This document shows positions 7,417 to 18,082 of a stretch of DNA of 24,000 bases, in pieces. The position numbers and the translations under genes are program-made. The DNA comes from Blastococcus sp. (GTDB lineage: Bacteria; Actinomycetota; Actinomycetes; Mycobacteriales; Geodermatophilaceae), in NCBI GenBank assembly GCA_025465355.1, contig JAODNN010000108.1, positions 11,546-35,545 of the forward strand, in the 5' to 3' direction. The notes below the pieces were generated by a model. The model searched no databases. It worked only from the letters and a program-made list of their open reading frames with translations, and was not told where the DNA came from. Each line of letters begins with the position of its first letter. Position 1 is the stretch's first letter.

Positions 7417-8471
7417 GATCGGGGCACCGCCTTCAGCCGTCGCCGCACGACGCCGTTGGCCAGCAGCGCCGTCAGCAGCAGGAGGCCGAGCATCGACTGG
7501 AACCATCGCGGGTCCCAGCCGGACAGGATGATGCCTTCGCGGGCGACGGCGTAGAGCAGCGATCCCACGGCGGCACCGAACGCCGACCCGAACCCGCCGG
7601 TCAGCAGGCAGCCACCGATCACGGCCACGACGACGCAGTCGATCGCCGTCCCCAGCGCCGGCGCGTTCGGCTGCACCCCGCCGGTCCGCAGCAGACCGAA
7701 CGTGCCCATCAGCCAGCCGGCCGTTGAGGTGACGCAGAAGAGACCCACGGTGGTCGGGCCCACCGGCACGCCGAGTTCGCGCGCGGCCCGCCGGGCGCCT
7801 CCGCTGGCGAAGACGGCGTTGCCGAAACGCGTGCGCCAGAGCGCCCAGGAGGCGACCGCGGTGAGCGCCAGCCACCACAGCAGGGAACTGTGGAACCGCG
7901 CGATGCCCATCTGCAGCGTCGAATCGAACACCCGTGCCGCCGAGGACCAGCCGCGGGCGTGGCTCAGGTCGCTGAGCCGGGCCGTGCTGGTGACCCGCTG
8001 GGCTCCCACCAGGGAGATGCCCTGCAGCACGAGGAAGGTGCCGAGCGTGACGAGGAAGCTGCTGACGCCGGTGATGACGACGAGGAGGCCGTTGATCAGG
8101 CCGACCGCGAGGGCCGCGGCGAGCGAGACGAGCAACGCCGGCCAGGTGCCCCAGCCGGCGTAGCCGATCAGCATCGCCATGACCAGCGAGCTCGCCAGCG
8201 CCAGCACCCCGACCGAGAAGTCGAAATGGCCCGCGATCATGAGGAGGGCCACCGCCACCCCGCCGACGCCCAGGACGGCCGCCGTGTCGAGGACGCCTGC
8301 GATCCCCGGCCAGGTGAGCAGCTCCGGGGCCTGCACCGCGAAGAAGGAGACCACCACGACCAGCCCCGCGGTGGCCGGGAGGCTCGGCCGGGCCAGAGCC
8401 CGCCGCCATGGGCGGCGGCGCACCGCCCCGGTGGGCGCGGCGCTGAACGCAGGAGGGCGCTCGACGATCAT
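7413..8471 (-). CDS. ABC transporter permease (sugar-type BPD_transp_2 / RbsC-AraH-like)
   Basis: A 352-aa polytopic hydrophobic protein containing GLINGLLVVITGVSSFLVTLGTFLVLQGISL and IGGCLLTGGFGSAFGAAVGSLLY. It is translationally coupled to the ATPase gene. Confidence 0.85.
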   Translation of the reverse strand: MIVERPPAFSAAPTGAVRRRPWRRALARPSLPATAGLVVVVSFFAVQAPELLTWPGIAGVLDTAAVLGVGGVAVALLMIAGHFDFSVGVLALASSLVMAMLIGYAGWGTWPALLVSLAAALAVGLINGLLVVITGVSSFLVTLGTFLVLQGISLVGAQRVTSTARLSDLSHARGWSSAARVFDSTLQMGIARFHSSLLWWLALTAVASWALWRTRFGNAVFASGGARRAARELGVPVGPTTVGLFCVTSTAGWLMGTFGLLRTGGVQPNAPALGTAIDCVVVAVIGGCLLTGGFGSAFGAAVGSLLYAVAREGIILSGWDPRWFQSMLGLLLLTALLANGVVRRRLKAVPRS

Positions 8472-8556
8472 CGGTGCGGCAGCCCGTGCGGTGAGCGGGA
8501 CGTCGGCAGTGGGGGCCTCCTCTCGGCGCGTGCGGCCCAGTCTCCACGACGGACCG

Positions 8557-10528
<1,972 letters not shown>

Positions 10529-10551
10529 ACCTGCCTGTTGCGCCCGCTCCG

Positions 10552-10609
10552 GGGGTGTTGTGCCTGCTCCGGGGGTCCTGCACGACCCCTGGAGCGTCCG
10601 CAACACCCC
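10552..10609. terminator. extended two-tier stem-loop between convergent purA and the phosphodiesterase gene
   Basis: The outer stem pairs GGGGTGTTG (10552-10560) with CAACACCCC (10601-10609). The inner stem pairs GCTCCGGGGGT (10566-10576) with ACCCCTGGAGC (10585-10595, one G.T pair). It has symmetric 5-nt internal loops and no T tract. Confidence 0.45.
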
Positions 10610-10641
10610 ACCAGCGGCCTGGCGGATCGGCTCCGAGGCCG

Positions 10642-11670
10642 TCAGTTGCTGTTCAGCTCGCCGATGGCGCGGACGGCGTGGTCGGGGGAGTCGGTGATCA
10701 GCCCGTCGACGCCGAGGTCGAGCAGCAGCCGCGCCTCGCCGAGGGCGTCGCCATGCGCTTCGGGTGCGTTGCCGCGGCGCAGGTGGCGCGGCAGGAAGGC
10801 GTTCTCGGCGCGCAGCGTCCAGCAGAAGACCGAGAGCGCGGCACGGTGCGCCTCGTCGACCAGGTCCGAGCTGCCGGTGATGAGCTGGTCGTCGCGGAAC
10901 AGGACGCGGTTCCGGCTGGGGCCGATCGCCTGGGCGTAGGTCGAGACCTCACGGAGGCCCGCGGCGGTCACCATCGCGTCGCCCGCGGGGATGTCGTCGA
11001 CGAGCTGGACCATCTCGGGGCCCTCGTCGCCGAGGCGGCCACGGAGCTCGCGCAGGACGGTCGGGTCGAAGGACTGCAGCACGACCGGGCCGTGTGCGCC
11101 GGTCGCATCCAGCCGGCGCAGTTCGTCGGTCACCAGCTCCGCCATGGGGAGCTCCGGGGCGCCTTCCGACCAGCCGGGGTCCTTGAGCTCGGCGAGCACC
11201 CGGATCGGCCGCTCGGCCGTGGACCGGGCACGGGCCAACTCGATGACCTCGGCGAGAGTGAGGATGCCGAAGCGGCTGTCCCAGGCGGTGTTCAGTGGCC
11301 GGAGGTCGGGCATCCGCTCGACCGCACCGAGGGTGCGCAGCTCGGCGAGGGTGAAGTCCTCCGCGAACCAGCCGGTGCTGGGTGCGTTGCCGACGATCTT
11401 CGTGGTGCGCCGGGAGGCGAATTCCGATCGGCTCGCGACGTCGGTGGACCACGACAGCTCGCTCTCGTGCCGGACGACGAGGGCGCCGTCCCGGCTGATG
11501 ACGACGTCGGGCTCGATCAGCTCGGCACCGAGGGCGATGGCCAGCTCGTAGCTGGCGGCGGTGTGCTCAGGCCGGTAGGCAGGAGCACCCCGGTGACCGA
11601 TGACGACGGGCCGGGAGGAGCGAGCCGCTGGCCGAACCACCAGCGACTGGGACGCGGGCATGTCCTTCAC
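10642..11670 (-). CDS. glycerophosphodiester phosphodiesterase (GDPD family)
   Basis: VVIGHRGAPAYRPEHTAASYELAIALGAELIEPDVVISRDGALVVRHE is the canonical GDPD N-terminal motif set. The start is GTG 11670 or ATG 11661. No obvious signal peptide. Confidence 0.9.
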   Translation of the reverse strand: MKDMPASQSLVVRPAARSSRPVVIGHRGAPAYRPEHTAASYELAIALGAELIEPDVVISRDGALVVRHESELSWSTDVASRSEFASRRTTKIVGNAPSTGWFAEDFTLAELRTLGAVERMPDLRPLNTAWDSRFGILTLAEVIELARARSTAERPIRVLAELKDPGWSEGAPELPMAELVTDELRRLDATGAHGPVVLQSFDPTVLRELRGRLGDEGPEMVQLVDDIPAGDAMVTAAGLREVSTYAQAIGPSRNRVLFRDDQLITGSSDLVDEAHRAALSVFCWTLRAENAFLPRHLRRGNAPEAHGDALGEARLLLDLGVDGLITDSPDHAVRAIGELNSN

Positions 11671-12011
11671 AAAACCTTCATCGGGTTAACGGATGACCAA
11701 CTGAAGCGAACGTGTCGCCCATGTTTGAGGGACAACCCGCTGTTGGTACGGACGATCCCCGTCGTGATCGATCTCTCAGTGCTCGGGTGGACCCCCGCGC
11801 CGGGCACTGAACTGCCCGCGGGGTGTATGCCCGCGCGCGTGTCGCGGGTCGACCGGGGCCGACTGACCATGATCACCATAGACGGCGACCGACGCGTGCA
11901 TCCAGCTGCCGCGCGGTACGACGTCTCAGGATGGGGAACCGCGACTGCGCGCACCGCTCCGAACCGCCTGCGCCGATCGGGCCGCCGGCGGCACTGGGTA
12001 GTTTCTCCCTC

Positions 12012-13283
12012 GTGCGCGTGCTGGTGATCGGCTCCGGTGCCCGGGAGCACGCCCTGTGCGTGGCTCTGCAGTCCGACCCCGAGGTGAGCGCGCTCGCCTG
12101 CGCCCCCGGCAATGCCGGCACCCGCGCTGTCGCCGAACCGCTCGCGGTCGACGTCGGCGATCCGGTGGCGATCGCGGCGCTGGCCGGCTCGTGGGGCGCC
12201 GACCTGGTCGTCGTCGGCCCGGAGCTGCCGTTGGTCGCCGGCGCCGCCGACGCCGTCCGGGACGCCGGGATCCCCTGCTTCGGCCCCTCGGCGGAGGCCG
12301 CGCAGCTCGAGGGCAGCAAATCCTTCGCCAAGCATGTGATGACGGCCGCGGGTGTGCCCACCGCCCAGGCGTGGCCGGTCGGCGGCCTCGCGGAGCTCGA
12401 GACCGCACTGGACGAGGCAGCGCAGCTCACGGGCGGCGCTCCCTACGTGGTGAAGGACGACGGCCTGGCGGCCGGCAAGGGCGTGCTGGTCACCGCCGAC
12501 CGCGCCGCCGCCGTCGCTCACGGCCGTGCGGTGCTCGACGCCGGTCACGCGGTGCTGATCGAGGAGTACCTCGACGGGCCCGAGGTCTCGCTGTTCGCGC
12601 TGACCGACGGGACGACCGTCGTCCCGCTGATCCCGGCGCAGGACGCCAAGCGCAGGGACGACGGCGACGGCGGCCCCAACACCGGCGGGATGGGCGCCTA
12701 CGCGCCGCTGCCGTGGGCGCCGCCCGGGCTGGTGGACGACGTGCTGGCGAGGGTGCTGCAGCCGACCGTGGACGAGATGGCCCGTCGCGGCGAGCCGTTC
12801 GCCGGCCTGCTCTACGCCGGGCTGGCGCTGACCTCGCGCGGGGTGCGGGTGGTGGAGTTCAACGCCCGCTTCGGCGACCCGGAGACCGAGGTGGTGCTCC
12901 CGCTGCTGGAGACGCCGCTGGCCGGGCTCCTGGAGGCCGCGGCCACCGGCACGCTCGCCGACGTGCCGCCGTTGCGCTGGCGCGCCGGTGCGGCGGTGAC
13001 CGTCGTCGTCGCGGCCCCGGGCTATCCCGAGGCGGCCCGGACGGGCGAGCCGGTCACCGGGGCCGACGGCGACGGCGTCCTGCACGCCGGCACGGCGGTC
13101 ACGGAGGACGGCACCGTGGTCTCCTCGGGCGGCCGGGTGCTGGCGGTCACCGCCGTCGGCACCGACCTCGCCGCCGCCCGTGAGACGGCGTACGGGCGCG
13201 TCGCCGGCGTCCGACTCGAGGGGGCGCACTGGCGCACCGACATCGCGCTGGCCGCCGTCGAGGGGCGGATCGTCGCCGGCTGA
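12012..13283 (+). CDS. purD: phosphoribosylamine--glycine ligase
   Basis: Starts (M)RVLVIGSGAREHALCVAL and has ATP-grasp motifs (YVVKDDGLAAGKGV and EFNARFGDPE). Length is 423 aa. The track ORF extension to 11823 is not supported. Confidence 0.93.
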   Translation: MRVLVIGSGAREHALCVALQSDPEVSALACAPGNAGTRAVAEPLAVDVGDPVAIAALAGSWGADLVVVGPELPLVAGAADAVRDAGIPCFGPSAEAAQLEGSKSFAKHVMTAAGVPTAQAWPVGGLAELETALDEAAQLTGGAPYVVKDDGLAAGKGVLVTADRAAAVAHGRAVLDAGHAVLIEEYLDGPEVSLFALTDGTTVVPLIPAQDAKRRDDGDGGPNTGGMGAYAPLPWAPPGLVDDVLARVLQPTVDEMARRGEPFAGLLYAGLALTSRGVRVVEFNARFGDPETEVVLPLLETPLAGLLEAAATGTLADVPPLRWRAGAAVTVVVAAPGYPEAARTGEPVTGADGDGVLHAGTAVTEDGTVVSSGGRVLAVTAVGTDLAAARETAYGRVAGVRLEGAHWRTDIALAAVEGRIVAG

Positions 13284-13308
13284 CAGCCGCCGGTGCCGTC
13301 GCCCCAGG

Positions 13309-13358
13309 GCTGAGAACCTGGTCAGCTGAGGAGCCTGGTCAGCTGAGGAGCCTGGTCA
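13309..13358. repeat. tandem repeat, three copies of a 17-bp unit GCTGAGGAGCCTGGTCA (first copy 16 nt, degenerate)
   Basis: Read directly: copies at 13309-13324, 13325-13341 and 13342-13358. Each unit carries the palindrome TCAGCTGA. The last copy supplies the stop codon (TCA 13356-13358 on the minus strand) of the AI-2E transporter gene. Confidence 0.85.
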
Positions 13359-14789
13359 GCGGCTGCCGACGACCGGTCGCGCCCGCTCGGGGCGCGGTTC
13401 GGGTGGTCGTGGCCCGTCGTGCCGGCGGCTGAGGTACGTGCCCGCCACGTTGGCGCACGCCACGATCGGGACGGCGATCAGGGCGCCGAAGATGCCGGCG
13501 ATGAGCAGCCCGGCCGCGATCGACAGCACGACCGCGAGCGGGTGCACGCGGACGGCGCGGCCGAGCAGCAGCGGCTGCAGGATGTGTCCCTCCACCTGCA
13601 TGACCAGGACCACGACGGCCAGCGCGATCAGCGCCTTGACCGGACCCACCGACACGAGGGCGACCAGGACGGCGACCGAACCGGCCAGGAACGACCCGAT
13701 GATCGGGATGAACGCGCCGAGGAACACCAGCGCGGCCAGCGGGATGACCAGCGGGACGCCGAGGATCGCCAGGCCGATGCCGATGCCGACGGCGTCCACC
13801 AGGGCCACGGCGGCCGTGGCGCGGACGTAGGAGATGAGGGTTCGCCAGGAGCGGCGCCCGGCCTCGTCGATGTAGGCACGGGCATCACGGGGGAACAGGC
13901 CGACCAGCCAGAGCCAGATCGAGCGGCCGTCCTTGAGGAAGAAGAACAGCGTGAACAGCGCCAGCAGCATGCCGGTGACGACCTCGCCCACCGTCGCCGC
14001 CGTCGTCAGCGCACCCGTGGCGATCGTGCTCTTGTTGTCGACGAGGCTCTGCTGCAGCTGGGACACGGCGTCCTCGAGCTGGCCCTTGGTGATCGGGAAG
14101 GTGTGCACGATGAACACCTGCACCTGCCCGATGCCGGCGCTCACCTGGTCGGCGAGGTCGGCGAACCCGGCGCTGAACCGCTCGATGACGAGCGTGATGA
14201 TCCCGGAGACCACGCCCAGGCCGACGACCAGCATGGCGAACGCGGCCAGCGACCGCGGCCAGCCGCTGCGCACCAACGCGGCAGCCCCCGGCTGCAGGAG
14301 GGCGGCAAGCAGGACCGCCACGATCACGGGGACGACGACGACGGCGATGTACGCGGCGGCGTAGAGCACGACGTAGATGCCGACTACCACGACGATCACC
14401 CGCCAGGACCACGCCGCCGCCGTCCGCAGGCCGCTCGGCACGCCGGCGTCGGCCGACGCCTGCGACGGGGCGCCGGTCATCAACCGGCGAGAGCGTTCGC
14501 CGGTGCGGTGCGGGCGGCCACCCTCGGGTGGGCCACTGATCCCCCCGGGGCCCAGGGCGCCGTCGAGGTCAGGGGCGCCGGGCTCGGGGCTGCCCACCGG
14601 TGGCCGGCTCGATCCGTCGGCGGGCTCGTCGGGCGGGACGTCCACCAAAGCGGCCGGCTCGGCTTCGCCCTCGTGCACCAGGATGGCGCGGTCGTCGTCG
14701 CGCTCGGGCCAGGCGTGTGGATCGTGTTCGGCGGCGAGCCGGATCCGCTCCCGGGCGCGCACGATCAGATCGTTGGCACGTCGCAGCAC
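13356..14789 (-). CDS. AI-2E family transporter (PerM/YhhT-like, UPF0118)
   Basis: Multi-pass membrane protein with the family-typical LFTLFFFLKDGRSIWLWLVGLFP and LVMQVEGHILQPLLLGR segments. The first ~103 codons are Pro/Gly/Glu/Asp-rich. An alternative start at ATG 14480 (MTGAPSQ) is possible. Confidence 0.85.
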   Translation of the reverse strand: MLRRANDLIVRARERIRLAAEHDPHAWPERDDDRAILVHEGEAEPAALVDVPPDEPADGSSRPPVGSPEPGAPDLDGALGPGGISGPPEGGRPHRTGERSRRLMTGAPSQASADAGVPSGLRTAAAWSWRVIVVVVGIYVVLYAAAYIAVVVVPVIVAVLLAALLQPGAAALVRSGWPRSLAAFAMLVVGLGVVSGIITLVIERFSAGFADLADQVSAGIGQVQVFIVHTFPITKGQLEDAVSQLQQSLVDNKSTIATGALTTAATVGEVVTGMLLALFTLFFFLKDGRSIWLWLVGLFPRDARAYIDEAGRRSWRTLISYVRATAAVALVDAVGIGIGLAILGVPLVIPLAALVFLGAFIPIIGSFLAGSVAVLVALVSVGPVKALIALAVVVLVMQVEGHILQPLLLGRAVRVHPLAVVLSIAAGLLIAGIFGALIAVPIVACANVAGTYLSRRHDGPRPPEPRPERARPVVGSR

Positions 14790-14893
14790 CGCGCACCTCC
14801 TGGCGGTCGTTGGGGGCCGTCGATGATCACGCTAGCGCTACGGGAGGATGTGACCGTGGTGCGACGAGCTGACCTGCCGCGGGCGGTATCCCG

Positions 14894-16197
14894 ATGATCG
14901 AGCGCTACACGCTCCCGGAGATGGGGCGTGTCTGGAGCGACCAGCACAAGTACGAGCTCTGGTGCCGGGTCGAGACGCTGGTGCTGGAGGCGCACGCGGC
15001 TGCCGGCCGGGTGCCCGCAGACGTCGTCGAGCCGGTGCGCAACGCCCCGCCGCCGACGCCGGAACGGGTCGCCGAGATCGAGGAGACGACGCAGCACGAC
15101 GTCATCGCCTTCCTCACCGCATGGGCGGACAACACCTCGCCACGGTCTGCGGCGGCGTATGTGCACCACGGCATGACGTCGTCCGACCTGCTGGACACCG
15201 CGCTCGCCGTGCAGCTCACCGACGCCTCCGACGTCCTGCTGGCCAAGGCCGACCGCCTGGTGGCCGCGCTGCGTGAGCACGGGCTGGCGCACCGGGACAC
15301 GATCAAGGTGGGGCGCACGCACGGGGTGCACGCCGAGCCCGACGTGTGGGGGCACCGGGTCGCCGACCTCGCCTTCGCGATGGCTCGCTCGCGGGATCGG
15401 CTGCGGGCCGCGCGGGAGCGGGTCGGCGTCGTCGCCATCTCCGGCGCGGTCGGCACCTATTCGCTGATCGACCCGTCGGTCGAGGTGTTCGTCGCCGACG
15501 CGTTGGGGTTGCGGCCGGCGGACGCCTCGACGCAGGTGGTCATCCGCGACTCGATCAGCGAGTGGGTGTCGGCGCTGGGCATCATCGCCACCGTCTGCGA
15601 GGCGATCGCGCTCGAGGTGCGGCATGGCCAGCGCACCGAGGTCCGGGAGCTGTCGGAGGCGTTCGGGTCGGGCCAGAAGGGCTCGAGCGCGATGCCGCAC
15701 AAGAAGAACCCGATCCGCTCCGAGCGGATCGCCGGGCTGGCGCGGGTCGTGCGCTCGGCGATCGTGCCGATCATGGAGGGCATCCCGCTCTGGCACGAGC
15801 GCGACATCTCGCACTCCTCCACCGAGCGGGTGTTCCTGCCCGATGCGGCGATCACCACCGACTACCTGCTGGACCTCACCGCTGGGCTGGTGGAGAACCT
15901 GGTCGTCGACGCCGAGCGGATGCGGGACAACCTGGAGTCCACCGGTGGGCTGATCTACACGTCGTCCGTGCTGCTGGAGCTGGTGGAGGGCGGGCTGTCC
16001 CGCGAGGACGCGTACGCACTGGTGCAGTCGGCGGCGATGGAGACGTGGAACACGGGGACGCCGTTCCGGGAGACGCTGCGGGCGCGGGCCGCGGCGTCGT
16101 CCGTCGCGCTGGACGAGGCGCGGCTGGACGAGATCATGCAGCCGGAGCGCTACGTCGCGAACCTGGGGCCGCTGTTCGACCGGCTCGCGGCGCTGAA

Positions 16198-16201
<4 letters not shown>
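14894..16201 (+). CDS. purB: adenylosuccinate lyase
   Basis: Starts MIERYTLPEMGRVWSDQHKYELW and carries the fumarate-lyase signature GSSAMPHKKNP. Length is 435 aa. Confidence 0.95.
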
Positions 16202-17061
<860 letters not shown>

Positions 17062-17081
17062 GTTTCCTGCCGAGATCCCGC

Positions 17082-17134
17082 CGAGTGCGACGAACTCGTG
17101 GCCATCCGGCCGTGATCGCCACGACTTCGTCGCA
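17082..17134 (+). repeat. 53-bp direct repeat, copy A (hairpin-forming: 18-nt arms at 17085-17102 and 17118-17135)
   Basis: CGAGTGCGACGAACTCGTGGCCATCCGGCCGTGATCGCCACGACTTCGTCGCA. It starts 21 nt after the purC stop and is 51/53 identical to 18083-18135. Confidence 0.9.
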
Positions 17135-17179
17135 CCCGGCCGGGCCTGTGGATGACGCCAGCGGCAGCAGGGGCAACCC

Positions 17180-18076
17180 GTGCAGGCTCCGGCGGTGCCG
17201 ACGCCCCCTGTGCCGCCGCGAGTGGACCGTCCCCTGGACCGGCCCGGAGCGCGGCGGGCAGGCATCAGCGACTGGCAGCTGCGCCACCGCGAGACCCTTC
17301 GGACCTCCAGGAACACGTACCTGCCGAGGAGTGCGGCGCTCGACCTCCGCCGGCGCATCGATGCGGTGCTGCTGGGAGCCCCCTCGTCCGCCGTCCTCAG
17401 CCATTTCTCCGCGGCCGCCGTGTGGGGGTTCCAGGTACCCCTCGTGACCGACGACGGGCTCGTGCACCTGACGGTTCCCCCAGGGGCCCGGGTGCGCTCC
17501 CGGGCGGACCGGAGAATCCACTGCTCGGAGGTCCCCGCGGCGGAGACCCGCACGCTGGGGAGACTTCCGCTCACGTCGCCCAGCCGGACCTGGCTGGACC
17601 TTGCCGGCCGCGTGCCGCCCGCCGCGCTGCTCGCCGTCACCGACCAGATGCTGGCCCGCGGCTTCCCGGCGGACGAGTTCCCCCGGATCCTCGCTCGCGC
17701 CGCCGGGCGGCGGGGTGTCGTCGCCGCCCGGAGCATCCTGCCGTCCGCCGACCCCCTCGCCGGCTCGCCGATGGAATCGGTTCTCCGGTGGCTCATCCTC
17801 GAGGCAGGTCTGCCCCGCCCCGTCCTCCAGTACGTCGTGCGCGACCGGCAGGGTCGCTTTCTCGGCCAGGTCGACCTCGCCTGGCCTGAGCAACGGGTGA
17901 TCGTCGAGTTCGATGGCGACGTGCACCGCGTCCGGCACGTGTTCGTCCGTGACGTCCGCCGTCAGAACGGGCTCATGCTCGCGGGCTGGCAGATACTCCG
18001 GTTCACGTCAGCCGACGTGCTCGGGCGTGATCGGGTCACCGTCGGGATCGTCGCCGGCGCGCTGGGACTGGCCTGA
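17180..18076 (+). CDS. DUF559 / Vsr-like (PD-(D/E)xK-type) endonuclease-domain protein with an AbiEi-like N-terminal region
   Basis: The C-terminus VDLAWPEQRVIVEFDGDVH...RQNGLMLAGWQILRFTSADVL matches the DUF559 pattern. The N-terminal and central parts (RRAGISDWQLRHRE..., SAVLSHFSAAAVWGF) resemble the family usually fused to it in actinobacteria. The GTG start is uncertain, with other in-frame GTGs at 17195 and 17222. Confidence 0.75.
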   Translation: MQAPAVPTPPVPPRVDRPLDRPGARRAGISDWQLRHRETLRTSRNTYLPRSAALDLRRRIDAVLLGAPSSAVLSHFSAAAVWGFQVPLVTDDGLVHLTVPPGARVRSRADRRIHCSEVPAAETRTLGRLPLTSPSRTWLDLAGRVPPAALLAVTDQMLARGFPADEFPRILARAAGRRGVVAARSILPSADPLAGSPMESVLRWLILEAGLPRPVLQYVVRDRQGRFLGQVDLAWPEQRVIVEFDGDVHRVRHVFVRDVRRQNGLMLAGWQILRFTSADVLGRDRVTVGIVAGALGLA

Positions 18077-18082
18077 GGAGGA

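Noticed and set aside
7417-8547. The N-terminal 376 aa of the 660-aa track ORF (6565-8547, minus strand), which would make a giant ABC protein.
   Set aside because: That portion lies out of frame over the permease gene (7413-8471) and is low-complexity. The ATPase domain begins cleanly at ATG 7416 with an ATGA overlap to the permease stop.
11930-12000. Fragments resembling the ZTP (pfl) riboswitch cores upstream of purD: GCGACTGCGCG (compare UGACUGGCG) and CCGCCTGCGCC (compare CCGCCUGGGC).
   Set aside because: Both differ from the invariant cores at positions involved in the pseudoknot and ligand pocket. I could not draw the P1/P2 helices or find the GGGUCG element at the correct spacing. 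Only a covariance-model search could rescue the idea.
13309-13358. Whether the short tandem repeats (here and at 10537-10576) could be a degenerate CRISPR array.
   Set aside because: The units are contiguous with no spacers, number only 2-3 copies, measure 17-20 bp, and have no cas genes or leader nearby.
14859-14870. GTGCGACGAGCT upstream of purB matches 11 of the first 12 bases of the left hairpin arm of the 53-bp repeat (17085-17096), suggesting a third partial copy.
   Set aside because: The similarity does not extend beyond 12 nt. A rough estimate gives about one such 11/12 match by chance in 48 kb of searched strand at this base composition.
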